From assembly GCA_963665235.2 (NCBI GenBank), contig CAXXLX010000001.1:4064001-4128000 (forward strand): a stretch of DNA of 64,000 nt, given 5' to 3'. The notes beneath the pieces are model-generated. The model saw only the letters and a program-made list of their open reading frames with translations. It ran no database searches and was not told the origin of the DNA. A program made the position numbers and the translations under genes. Position 1 is the first letter of the stretch. Every line of letters starts with the position of its first letter. Source of the DNA: Candidatus Poribacteria bacterium (lineage in GTDB: Bacteria > Poribacteria > WGA-4E > WGA-3G). Shown here one piece after another: positions 17,959 through 28,377 of this stretch.

Positions 17959-20686
17959 TTAGGGCTCTATATCTATTTCCCAGAGCAGCACAGAACCATC
18001 GAGACTACCACTCACGAGAGTTTTTCCATCAGGACTAAAAGCGATACTTCTGACTATATCTGTATGACCTGATAATGTTGCCTTTTCCTCTCCGGTATGT
18101 GCATTCCAGAGATAGATAACCTTGTTCCTGTCTCCACTTGCAAGGGTTTTTCCATCTGGACTGAACGCTAACGCGTAACTATGCATCCAATTCGTTCTTT
18201 TGCTTTTGAGTATCTTCATATTCTCGCCAGTATCAACATCCCAAAAGCAGATGGTAGTGTCGTCACTCCCACTCGTCAGCGTTTTTCCATCAGGACTGAA
18301 CGCTAAAGAACTTACCCAATCTACATGTCCTCTAAGCACCTTGTTCTTGCCAGTGTCAATATCCCAAAGGCGGATGGTCCCTTTATAAGTCGCACTTGCA
18401 AGCGTTTTTCCATCAGGACTGAACGTTAAATAGCTCAAGTGATTTGTATGACCTTTAAGCGTTTTCTTGCGTTCGCCTATGTGCACATCCCATAGGGATA
18501 TAGTCTTCTCGTCGTCAACACCACTTGCAACTGTATTTCCATCTGGACTGAATGCCCTGAGTACTGGGCTATAGGGATCATTCATATAAAACATTTTCTT
18601 GTGTTCACCTATGTGTACATCCCAGAGGTAAACACCATTGTCAGTCCCACAAGTAAGGATTTTTCCATCGGGACTGAATAGCATACTGAGTACCATATCA
18701 TTATTAAACCCATTGAGCGTTTTGATGTGCTGCCCTGTGTCTGCGTTCCACAAGCGGACAATCCCATCAGTGGATCCACTTGCAATAATGTTCCCATTCC
18801 AGTTGAACGTTACACTCATGACAGATTCTGAATGTCCAGTGAATGTATGTTTTTCGGTCCCCGTGTGGGCATCCCAGAAACGGATAGTGCCATCACCACT
18901 TCCACTTGCAAGTGTCTTTCCATTTGGACTGAACGCTAAGTCTCGAACATACCGAATATGTAGTGAAGTAAGTGTTAGCCGGTGTTCACCGGTGTTGACA
19001 TCCCACAGACGAATTGTTTCATCTATAGGTGATGAAGTGGCAAGTCCTTTTCCATCAGGGGTAAACGCTAAGTTGTCAACATGCTTCTCATGTCCGATGA
19101 GTTCCATCCCGAGTTCGCCTGTATCCAAGTCGTGGAGGTAGATGATGCCATTTTCACTGCCAATTGCGGCTGTTTTCCCATCCGGACTGAACGCTGCGCC
19201 CGTAACAGAACAATCGGGATGCAAAGCGAATGTTTTCTTGTGTTTACCTGTGCTCGAATTCCACAAACTGATTTTGTTGTCCCAACTCACACTTACAAGT
19301 GCCTGTCCGTTTGGCATGAATAATAACCTGGTGGCACGCCAGGAATCTTTCGTGAGCGTATACTTCATCTCTCCGGTGCTCACATTCCATAATCGGATAG
19401 TGCCGTCTCGACTATCACTTGCGACTGTTTTTCCATCCGGACTGAATGCTAAGCTTGAGATCCAATTTATATGTCCGGTGAGCCTTGTTTGCGCTCCGGT
19501 GCTTCTATCCCACAGGATAATGGTATCTGCACTTCCACTCGCCAGGGTGCGGCCATCAGCACTGAACGCCAAACTGTCAACTCCGCTTGCATGCCCTGTG
19601 AGCAGACTGGCCTCCTGATATGATGTTACATCGTAAAGCCAAATACCGATGCCACTCGCAACAGCCAGAAACTTACCATCTGGAGAATACTGTATCTCAT
19701 TTATCTTCCCTTTACCGAAACGCGTTTTGGCATCTTTTGGTAAGTTTAATTGCATAGCATCCTGTGCTAAGTTGTTTTTCATAGGTGTTTCTCCTCTCTG
19801 TAGACTTTCGTTGCTATTTTTGCCGGGGGACATATCGTTGCCAACACGGTTCTGTAAATCGGGTTTTGAATGAATATCAAGGATAATTGGCGCGTCAACG
19901 ATTTCAATCGTCGGTTCCGACTGCGCCTCAAGGTTATACGGCCGTTGAAAACGGGTGAAGTATTGATTGCTCACACCTATCAGCAAAATGGCTAAAACAG
20001 CTGACGAAACTAAAGCTGCCCACGGTACCGGTTTGCTCAACGGCGAGGGGGTTTGCTTCGGTGTGGCAACATTCCGCATGATGTTTTCTAATAGACTCGG
20101 ACTTAACGAAATACCACCGAGGGTTTCGTCGAATTATAGAGTCATCTGCTCTTAGCCGGTTTCGCGCACGGCTCAGTCGACTTTTAACGGTGTTCACGGA
20201 TACCCCTAAGAACTTGCTAATCCGTTCACAACTCATTTCACCGAGATAGTGCAGTATCATCACTGTGCGTTCGCTCTCAGGTAGCTTTTCCAACAAGCTT
20301 TCAACGACTTGACGGCGATGCTCCGCAGCGGTTTCCTCACGTTGTTCCGATACATAGTTGGCGTAAGCGGTTTTCTCCAATATCTCATCACTGACGGTTT
20401 CCATTGACTGCGCCACACGTTTCTGTTTTCGCTGCCACGCAATGCAACGTCTACTTGCGATGACATATAACCACCCAGCGAAACGCGCCGGCTCCCGTAA
20501 GGTCGACAATTTCTCATACACATGAAGAAAAGTGTCCTGTGTAATCTCCTCGGCAATATGAAAATCTTTGATTTTACGCCAGGCAAGGGCATGGACACTC
20601 TTTTGGTATTTTTTAACTAAATCGCTGAAAGCAGTTTCGTCCCCTGATAATGTCCTCTGGATCAGTTCAATGTCATCTCTTTCCAT
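17959..20686 (-). pseudogene. ECF sigma-TM-WD40 fusion (copy 2), split by a 1-nt insertion near 20128
   Basis: Sigma ORF (from 20686) and TM-WD40 ORF 17959-20079 join as IIRETLGGISLSPSLLENIMRN if one base is removed, matching copy 1 IIRETLGSVPLRPDLTENIMRR. Confidence 0.85.
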
Positions 20687-20723
20687 GGGAAACCTCCACA
20701 ATCAATTTTGGCATGCAATCATA

Positions 20724-20753
20724 GTGACGCGATTCTGAGGACGAAAGGTTGCA
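20724..20753 (-). promoter_or_regulatory. Putative ECF autoregulatory promoter
   Basis: TGCAACC-N17-CGTCAC. Confidence 0.7.
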
Positions 20754-21115
20754 GGATTTAATGAAAATTTGAAAAAAACGGCATTTTTAATCAGAAATAG
20801 CCAATTTTTACCCCATTTTCGCTCATTCTATAAACATATCGCCCCGCTGGGGCTAGCTCGTGCGGGGGTCCGTTTGCTATAAACATTCCGCCCCGCTGGG
20901 GCTGCGTTTTCGCATGAGAAGCGGGGAACTGTTTGCCCGAACACTGTGTCTGTTTTCTCCTAAACGATGAGCAACATAAACGCTATAATCTTGCCCGATG
21001 GCTCTTCGTTCCTAAATTCTTTTTCAATCATAATTATGCGTCCCAAGTCGAAAATGCACATTTGATAATAATAGAATTTGCGCAATTCTCTGGTAGATGC
21101 GGTTTGAAACCCCAC

Positions 21116-23257
21116 CTACAAATGATTAATATGAGGTGTCAGATCCCAAAGGAGGATAGAACCATCATAACTCACGCTTGCTAAAAGTTTGTTGTCCGGA
21201 GAAAATGCAAGTGCCTGCACGTCTGTCGGGTGCCCTCTAAAGGTGGCAATATGTTCTCCGTTTGCAACCTCCCACAAATAGATTGGTACTTTTTCTACAC
21301 CCTCTTTCCACCAAGCTCCCGCAGCAAGATAGCTCCCACACTGCGAAAATGTTAAAGGAAACATATCCGAGCATCCAGGGGGTAGCGGTAGCCGCCTATG
21401 GAGTTCACAACGCATGATGTCCCATAAGATGATTTCATTTCTACCTGCAGCGAGGTATTGTCCACATGGCGAAAAAGCGAATTCATCTGTTACCTGCTCA
21501 GGTGTTATTGATGTTTGGCACATTTCAGCAGAGGCGATGTCCCACAATTGGATATATTCTTCTCCAAAGGAGAATAGATACCTGCTGCACGGCGAAAATC
21601 CTATGATACCTCTAATATCACTTGGAAATGTATCTACCTCTTCGCCAGTTTGTAGATTCCACAAGCGTGCAGATGTGAAACGCGATTCACTTGCAAGTAA
21701 GCGTCCATCGGGGCTGAATTTCAACTCCCGTACTTCGTCGCCATCATCCTCTTCATCGTCATCATCATGATCAAGCGGATGCGTCAACTCATAAAGTTGC
21801 GCGCCCCGTTGCACATCCCAGACCTTCAGGGTGCCATCTTCCGTAGCATACGCGAATAGGTTGCCTGTCGGTGCCAAGGCAGGAAGTGCACTCCAGTACT
21901 TACGGTCCATGCCTTCAATAAGTGGTATGCCATCACCATCCGCTTCCCAAAGGGTGACGTTGTCCGCCTTGATGCTAGCGATATAGAGTTTGTCATCTAC
22001 GGATTTATAGACGAACTGATTCTTTCCAGCGGAGGCTCCCTGAATCGCGGGCCGTGAACGTTGACTTGCAATATCCCATAACACAACTCCTTCATGATGA
22101 TATTTCACCGCTAACGTGTTTCTGTCTTGTGAGAATATCGCTGATTTCGGAAACGAAATAGGTGAATGAACGAATTGGCGCGTGTGTGGGGTCTCAAGTG
22201 TCCACACGTTGATAAATTCGTGTCTGCATTCGTAAGCGAGTTGCGAACCGTTTGAAAATTCTACGGTATTGCCCCAATCGTGCACAGTAGAAAATTCTAC
22301 GGTATTGCCCCAAATTTGCTCTTTATAAAGTTGCTCTCCGCTTTCCAAGTCAGAGACTGTGATAGTTGCGGGCCCGGTCTCGTCGTAAGCGACTATCGCT
22401 GCACGGAGGATACCCTCAGGTGAATAGGAGGGAATGATACGATAGACATCACCATAATCAGCATAAACCTTTGCCTGTTGCCAAGTGTTGACATCCCAGA
22501 CGTACACTGCGCCATCTTCACCGCCGGAGGCGATAAACTTCCCACACGGTGAAAAACAGAGCGTCGATATCCAAGAGGTGTGTGCTGCGAGAAATGCAAT
22601 TTGCTGCGCACTTTCTACATCCCATACCACTATTCCCTCTGCTGTTGGGGTTTGAGACGTGTCTGTTTCACACGTAGAAACTATCAGTCGGGTATCAGGT
22701 GAAAAACTGATAGGTCTAAAATAATTCGCCTTTTCGGTGTTGGTGGCGAATTTTGGAAGCGGTTCGCCTGTCTCTATATTGTAGATTTCAGCGGTAGAAG
22801 AACTGGCATAGGCGACAGCAAGATAGCGGTTATTAGGTGAAAAGGTGAGTCCTGTTACATAATCACTTGTTTTGACTTGTGTCAAGCACGTTCCGTTTTG
22901 GATATCCAACACTTTAAGGATTTGGTCTGAATTGCTAACAGCTATCCATTTTCCGTTGGGTGAAAAGGCAACACATCCCACCATGCCACGTTCTGTTTCG
23001 AATAGCATAATAGGGGAAAGCGTCTGTAGGTCGTACATCCACAACCCTACCCAAGTTCCAACAGCAAGGTATTGTCTGTCTGGAGAGAATGCCATATTAG
23101 GTACGCTGCCGCGCCCTAAGCGTGAAATTGCCCCTTCGGGTAGTGCCCATGTGTTGCCGGTAGGGTCGTTGGGGACAACGTTAGACTGTGCTGGTTTAAT
23201 GTATTGTCGGGTTCCGCTTCGTTCAACTAGGCCTATATCGGAAGCTCGATTTGGCAT
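21116..23257 (-). CDS. WD40 repeat protein, no signal peptide
   Basis: AAGGA RBS before MPNRASD; WALPEGAISRLGRG cap; FSP/WD repeats; the ORF-track extension to 23461 is repeat-derived. Confidence 0.85.
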   Translation of the reverse strand: MPNRASDIGLVERSGTRQYIKPAQSNVVPNDPTGNTWALPEGAISRLGRGSVPNMAFSPDRQYLAVGTWVGLWMYDLQTLSPIMLFETERGMVGCVAFSPNGKWIAVSNSDQILKVLDIQNGTCLTQVKTSDYVTGLTFSPNNRYLAVAYASSSTAEIYNIETGEPLPKFATNTEKANYFRPISFSPDTRLIVSTCETDTSQTPTAEGIVVWDVESAQQIAFLAAHTSWISTLCFSPCGKFIASGGEDGAVYVWDVNTWQQAKVYADYGDVYRIIPSYSPEGILRAAIVAYDETGPATITVSDLESGEQLYKEQIWGNTVEFSTVHDWGNTVEFSNGSQLAYECRHEFINVWTLETPHTRQFVHSPISFPKSAIFSQDRNTLAVKYHHEGVVLWDIASQRSRPAIQGASAGKNQFVYKSVDDKLYIASIKADNVTLWEADGDGIPLIEGMDRKYWSALPALAPTGNLFAYATEDGTLKVWDVQRGAQLYELTHPLDHDDDDEEDDGDEVRELKFSPDGRLLASESRFTSARLWNLQTGEEVDTFPSDIRGIIGFSPCSRYLFSFGEEYIQLWDIASAEMCQTSITPEQVTDEFAFSPCGQYLAAGRNEIILWDIMRCELHRRLPLPPGCSDMFPLTFSQCGSYLAAGAWWKEGVEKVPIYLWEVANGEHIATFRGHPTDVQALAFSPDNKLLASVSYDGSILLWDLTPHINHL

Positions 23258-23296
23258 TGTGTTTGTTCCTTGTTTAGCGTTTCCGGTTTGCGTATT

Positions 23297-23790
23297 TTCT
23301 ATAAATATATCACCCCTACGGGGTTTAGCCTTTCCAGGGGACGACGTTTCTATAAATATATCACCCCTACGGGGTTTAGCCTTTCCAGGGGACGACGTTT
23401 CTATAAACATATCACCCCTACGGGGTTTAGCCTTTCCAGGGGACGACGTTTCTATAAACATATCACCCCTACGGGGTTTAGCCTTTCCAGGGGACGACGT
23501 TTCTATTACGGGGTTTAGCCTTTCCAGGGGACGACGTTTCTATAAATATATCACCCCTACGGGGTTTAGCCTTTCCAGGGGACGACGTTTCTATAAATAT
23601 ATCACCCCTACGGGGTTTAGCCTTTCCAGGGGACGACGTTTCTATAAATATATCACCCCTACGGGGTTTAGCCTTTCCAGGGGACGACGTTTCTATAAAT
23701 ATATCACTTTGTTTATCATTTTTGCTTTGGTGTACGGCTTTCCAGGGGACGACGTTTCTATAAATATATCACCCCTACGGGGTTTAGCCT
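23297..23790. repeat. Tandem array of about ten 51-bp palindromic units
   Basis: TTCTATAAATATATCACCCCTACGGGGTTTAGCCTTTCCAGGGGACGACGT repeated; one truncated unit near 23503 and one altered unit near 23707. Confidence 0.92.
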
Positions 23791-23985
23791 TAATTACCGA
23801 AGCTAAAAATTAATTTTCATACAGCTTGTGTTCGCATCGGCACAAACTGGAAAGTTTGTGCTACAAAAATCGACGGGCAATAAGTTTCCCTACTACGAAC
23901 GCTCTTACTGCTCGGCACAAACTGGGAAGTTTGTGCTACAAAAAATCGGCGGGCAATAAATTGTGGGACATTTATCGCCCAGGAG

Positions 23986-25926
23986 CTAACGTTTCACCTC
24001 CCACAAGAGGATGGTGCCATCACGGCTGCCACTTGCAAGGGTTTTACCATCTGCTGAAAAAGCGAGGCTATCTACTGTATCTGTGTGTCCCTTAAGGGTG
24101 TCGATGAGGTTTTCGGTGCTCAGGTCCCACAGGTAGATGGTATCGTCATTGCCGAAGACAAGCAGGTTTCCATCCGGAGAAAACAGGACAGAAGCAACAT
24201 TCAGGGCATGGCCTCTGAAAGTCTTCAAATGCTGGTAGGTTTCGGTATTCCACAAGCGTACCGTGCCATCCCAACTACCGCTGGCGAGGGTTTTACCGTC
24301 AGGCGAATATGCTACAGTATGTACGCCGCCGGTGTGACCTTCAAGGGTTTTCAAAAGGCTGCCAGCGGCCGTATTCCACAAACGGACAGTCATGTCATGG
24401 CTGCCAGTCGCAAGGATATTACCATCAGGGGAAAAGGCGACAGAAGGAACATCATTTCCATGCTCGGAAAGTGTTTGTAACAGTTTGCCGATAAGGTAAA
24501 GTTCGCCGGTGCGAATTTTCCACAAACGGACGGTATTATCCTGACTACCCGTTGCAAGCATCCCGCCATCGGCGGAAAAGGCGACAGAATAAATTGGGCC
24601 CGTATGCCCTGCGAAAGTGCCGAGGAATCGCCCGGTTTCCACATCCCAGAGGCGTGCCTTCATCGTATCCCCGCCACTTGCAAGTATTCTTCCATCCGAT
24701 GAATAGGTTACCGAGCGCACGGTTTCACGCGGGCCTGTGATAGCTGTTCGGAGCTCCCCGGTTTCTGGATTTCGCATAAGAATTTGGGTGTCGTAACCGT
24801 AAGCAAAGGTGTTGCCATCCGGAGAATAGGCGACAGGAAAGGTCCGCTCAGCAGGTTGGCGTGAGCCCTCCGTTTTTTGTGTGGCGGAGAGATGCGGGGC
24901 ATGACCTGTAATCGTTTTTGTGAGTTTACCGGTGTTTACCTCCCAAAACCGAATTGTGCCGTCCTCACTGGCAAAGGCAATTGTTTGCTCATCAGGAGAA
25001 AACGCTGCGGAAGAGGGTGACAAATCTCCATCATAGTCTTCCAATTCAAAAGTTTTCAGTAGCCTCCCACTGTTAACATCCCATAAGGCGATATAACCAT
25101 CCTCAAGACCGGTGGCACAAGTCTGTCCATCCGGTGCGAAGGTTATGGGGGTGAAGTCATTCATCCAATCCTCTGTTTCACATGTTCTGAGTTTTTTGCC
25201 GGTGTCAGCATCCCAAAAATTTATCTCTCCAGGGGTGTCTCGACTGATGAGCGTCCTGCCATCTGGCGAGTATACAATATACTCCGCCCAATCTGTATCC
25301 TCGGTGAAGGTTTTTAGCGGTTCGCCAGTGTGAGCGTCCCAAATCCGAATTCCCGCATCTCCCCAAGCGGCACTACTTGCGAGGACTGTACCGTCCGGCG
25401 AAAATACGGCTGAATAAACGGGTGTCGTATGTCCATCAAGTCTTGCTATCTGTTCTGCGGTGTGCAGATTGTAGAGGCGAACCGTTCTGTCGTCACTACT
25501 GGTAGCGAGCCGTTCACCATCCGGACTGAATGCTACTGAATTGACAGCGTCGGTATGTTCAACGAAACGTGCTTTGCGCTGTCCGGTGTTAGCATCCCAC
25601 AACTGAACGGTATTATCATCACTTGTAGTGGCAAAGGTTGCACCGTCAGGACTGAACGCGATTGAATTCACGGGGCCGGTATGCCCTGTGAGCAGGTCAA
25701 GGGATTCGCCTGTGTGTACGTCGTAGATGTAGATGCCGATTGTGCTTGTAACGGCAAGTTTTGTGCCGTCTGGAAAATATGCTATTGCATTTATTCCGCC
25801 TTTCCCGAGGCGCATTTTGGCACCGGGGGGTAAATTCCATTGCTCCTTTGCCTGCGCAAGAACGGTTGATGGGCAGAGCAGAAAAATCAGGGGTAAAATT
25901 GTCAATAATAGGCTCACTGTTTTCAT
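23986..25926 (-). CDS. Secreted WD40 repeat protein
   Basis: Signal peptide ending VLA-Q; WNLPPGAKMRLGKG cap; many GH...FSPDG...LW repeats. Confidence 0.9.
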   Translation of the reverse strand: MKTVSLLLTILPLIFLLCPSTVLAQAKEQWNLPPGAKMRLGKGGINAIAYFPDGTKLAVTSTIGIYIYDVHTGESLDLLTGHTGPVNSIAFSPDGATFATTSDDNTVQLWDANTGQRKARFVEHTDAVNSVAFSPDGERLATSSDDRTVRLYNLHTAEQIARLDGHTTPVYSAVFSPDGTVLASSAAWGDAGIRIWDAHTGEPLKTFTEDTDWAEYIVYSPDGRTLISRDTPGEINFWDADTGKKLRTCETEDWMNDFTPITFAPDGQTCATGLEDGYIALWDVNSGRLLKTFELEDYDGDLSPSSAAFSPDEQTIAFASEDGTIRFWEVNTGKLTKTITGHAPHLSATQKTEGSRQPAERTFPVAYSPDGNTFAYGYDTQILMRNPETGELRTAITGPRETVRSVTYSSDGRILASGGDTMKARLWDVETGRFLGTFAGHTGPIYSVAFSADGGMLATGSQDNTVRLWKIRTGELYLIGKLLQTLSEHGNDVPSVAFSPDGNILATGSHDMTVRLWNTAAGSLLKTLEGHTGGVHTVAYSPDGKTLASGSWDGTVRLWNTETYQHLKTFRGHALNVASVLFSPDGNLLVFGNDDTIYLWDLSTENLIDTLKGHTDTVDSLAFSADGKTLASGSRDGTILLWEVKR

Positions 25927-26037
25927 GAAATATATCCTCCTTTGGCGATTGGCAAGAGGAAGAGGGTTTTGACGCGCGGCAGAGATATGCTTATCATCGC
26001 AACCTTCTTGCTAAATGCCATAAGCCAACAGCCAACA

Positions 26038-26438
26038 TTCTATAAACATATCGTCCCTACGGGACTAAAGATTTTTTTTCGAACTCAGGTTTCTATAAAT
26101 ATATCGTCCCTACAGGACTAAAGATTTTTCGAACTCAGGTTTCTATAAATATATCGTCCATACTGGACTAAAGATTTTTTTTCGAACTCAGGTTTCTATA
26201 AATATATCGTCCATACTGGACTAAAGATTTTTTTTCGAACTCAGGTTTCTATAAATATATCGTCCCTACAGGACTAAAGAGATTTTTTCGAACTCAGGTT
26301 TCTATAAATATATCGTCCCTACTGGACTAAAGATTTTTTTCGAACTCAGGTTTCTATAAATATATCGTCCATACTGGACTAAAGAGATTTTTTTCGAACT
26401 CAGGTTTCTATAAATATATCGTCCATACAGGACTAAAG
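26038..26438. repeat. Tandem array of eight 50-55 bp palindromic units
   Basis: TTCTATAAATATATCGTCCMTACDGGACTAAAGA(T)nCGAACTCAGGT repeated. Confidence 0.92.
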
Positions 26439-26539
26439 AAAACTTGGCTCAGGTAAAAAATGGGTGCATAAGAAAAATTTAACCCGTTCGGCCATTGCGT
26501 TTATTAAAACAATCACACACCCCTTTAACATGAACCTTA

Positions 26540-28369
26540 TCAAACGGCACTGCGGGACTGCCGACTGGTAGTGACAGTCTCAAGGTCCCAGAGGAGAATG
26601 ATGCCATCGGCACCCCCACTGGCAAGGGTTCTACCATCGGGACTAAATGTGAGAACGTCAACATCAGCAAGATGTCCGCTTAAGACTGTTCGCAGCTCGC
26701 CGGTATGGGCATCCCATAATCGGACTTTTTCATCCTGACCGCCACTAGCAAGGATGTACCCATCCGGGGAAAATGCCAATGCATAAACATGACTCGGCAC
26801 CGTCAACGTTGAAAGATGTTGGCAAGAATGTATATCCCAAAATCGGATGGTCTCATCTGAACTGCCACTGACAAGAATTCTATTATCCGGCGAAAACGCA
26901 ACGGTTTCAACGATGGCGGTATGGCCTTTGAGAACGGTAAGATGATGCCCCGTGTTGGCATTCCATAAACGGACTGTCTTATCAACGCCGCTACTCGCCA
27001 GGGTTCTCCCATCTGGCGAAATAGCAATGGCATCAACCCGGTCGGTATGTCCTGTTAGAAGGGCTAGCTGGTCGCAGGTATCAATATCCCAGAGTCGGAT
27101 AGTCTTATCGTCACCGCCGCTGGCGAGCGTGGTGCCGTTAGGTGCAAAGGCTAATGTCTGAATCATACCCGTATGTCCTTGCAAGACAGCTCGCTGGGTG
27201 CTGGCGTTGGTATCCCATAAAAAAATCCGCTCATCTCGACTAGCACTCGCAAGCGTTGTGCCATCGGGAGAAAATACGATGCGGTCAACGCAATCGTGAT
27301 GCCCGTCGAAGGTTGTAACCTCGGTGTAGGTGTCCACATCCCACAGGTAAAGGGTTTTATTATTAGTGCCGTAAGCGAGCTGGGTGCCATCCGGTGAAAA
27401 GGCGATGGAACCGAGCCATCTAAAATGTCCCGTGATAATTCCTTTTTCGGTGCCATCGGTTAAATCCCAGAACCGAATCGTCCCATCTTCGCCGACACTT
27501 GCAAGCGTTTTACCATCAGGTGAGAATGCAGTTGTCCAAACTGAGAATGTATGCCCTGTGAGGGTTGCGTGTTCGGTGCCTGTGTCGGCATCCCAGATTC
27601 GGACGGTATGATTGTTGCCGCCGCTCGCGATAAGCGTGCCGTCCGGTGAAAAAACAAAATGCCCAACATCTTTCAGATTTGTAGCGAGTGTCATCCGCTT
27701 TTCATTCGTGGCGACATCCCACATAGAGAGCATGCCGTCTAGGCTTCGACTGGCGAGAATAACACCGTTTGGAGAAAATGCCAATTGCCAGACCTCACCT
27801 CCATGTCCAGTGAGGGTGGCGAGATGTCTACCGTTATCAGTATCCCAGAGCCGAATAGTTTTGTCGGCACTTCCAGTTGCAAGAATTTTGCCATCGGGTG
27901 AAATTGCTATTCCAGCGACTTGGCCCGTATGTCCAATTGCATTAAACAGCAAACGCCCTGTACGGCTGTCCCAAAATCGGACTGTATTATCCCACCCTGC
28001 TGTTATCAGTTTTGTGCCATCCGGTGACAACACTATATCGGATACATCCTCTATATTTTGGGCAATCGGAATTCGACGTTGTCCGGTGTGTGTATCCCAT
28101 AAGGATATAGTTTCATCCCAATTTTGGATGGCAAGGGTTGTGCCTTCCCACGCAATCGGGAGTGGGGTTGTTCCATGCTCTTGCCCGGCGCGCAGCAGTG
28201 CGATTTCAGTGTGGGTATAGGCATCGTATAACCAAATTCCTAAGGCCCCGGAAACAGATAGTTGTGCGCCATCCGGTGAAAACCGAATTTTTCCGATTGC
28301 GCCTTTGCCGAGGCGGGCTTTGGCACCGTGCGGTAAACCCCATTGTGTGTAGGGTTGTGAGTTTTGCAT
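26540..28369 (-). CDS. WD40 repeat protein, no signal peptide
   Basis: Start at MQNSQPYTQWGLPHGAKARLGKG, 8 bp after the upstream stop; WD40 repeats. Confidence 0.88.
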   Translation of the reverse strand: MQNSQPYTQWGLPHGAKARLGKGAIGKIRFSPDGAQLSVSGALGIWLYDAYTHTEIALLRAGQEHGTTPLPIAWEGTTLAIQNWDETISLWDTHTGQRRIPIAQNIEDVSDIVLSPDGTKLITAGWDNTVRFWDSRTGRLLFNAIGHTGQVAGIAISPDGKILATGSADKTIRLWDTDNGRHLATLTGHGGEVWQLAFSPNGVILASRSLDGMLSMWDVATNEKRMTLATNLKDVGHFVFSPDGTLIASGGNNHTVRIWDADTGTEHATLTGHTFSVWTTAFSPDGKTLASVGEDGTIRFWDLTDGTEKGIITGHFRWLGSIAFSPDGTQLAYGTNNKTLYLWDVDTYTEVTTFDGHHDCVDRIVFSPDGTTLASASRDERIFLWDTNASTQRAVLQGHTGMIQTLAFAPNGTTLASGGDDKTIRLWDIDTCDQLALLTGHTDRVDAIAISPDGRTLASSGVDKTVRLWNANTGHHLTVLKGHTAIVETVAFSPDNRILVSGSSDETIRFWDIHSCQHLSTLTVPSHVYALAFSPDGYILASGGQDEKVRLWDAHTGELRTVLSGHLADVDVLTFSPDGRTLASGGADGIILLWDLETVTTSRQSRSAV

Positions 28370-28377
28370 GATAATTT

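Noticed and set aside
23297-23790. Possible CRISPR array (also considered for 26038, 32804, 42062 and 4045)
   Set aside because: Sequences between palindromes are identical or drawn from a few recurring linkers rather than unique spacers, and no cas genes are in the window.
22872-23813. 313-aa plus-strand ORF
   Set aside because: Combination of WD40 antisense sequence and the 51-bp repeat array.
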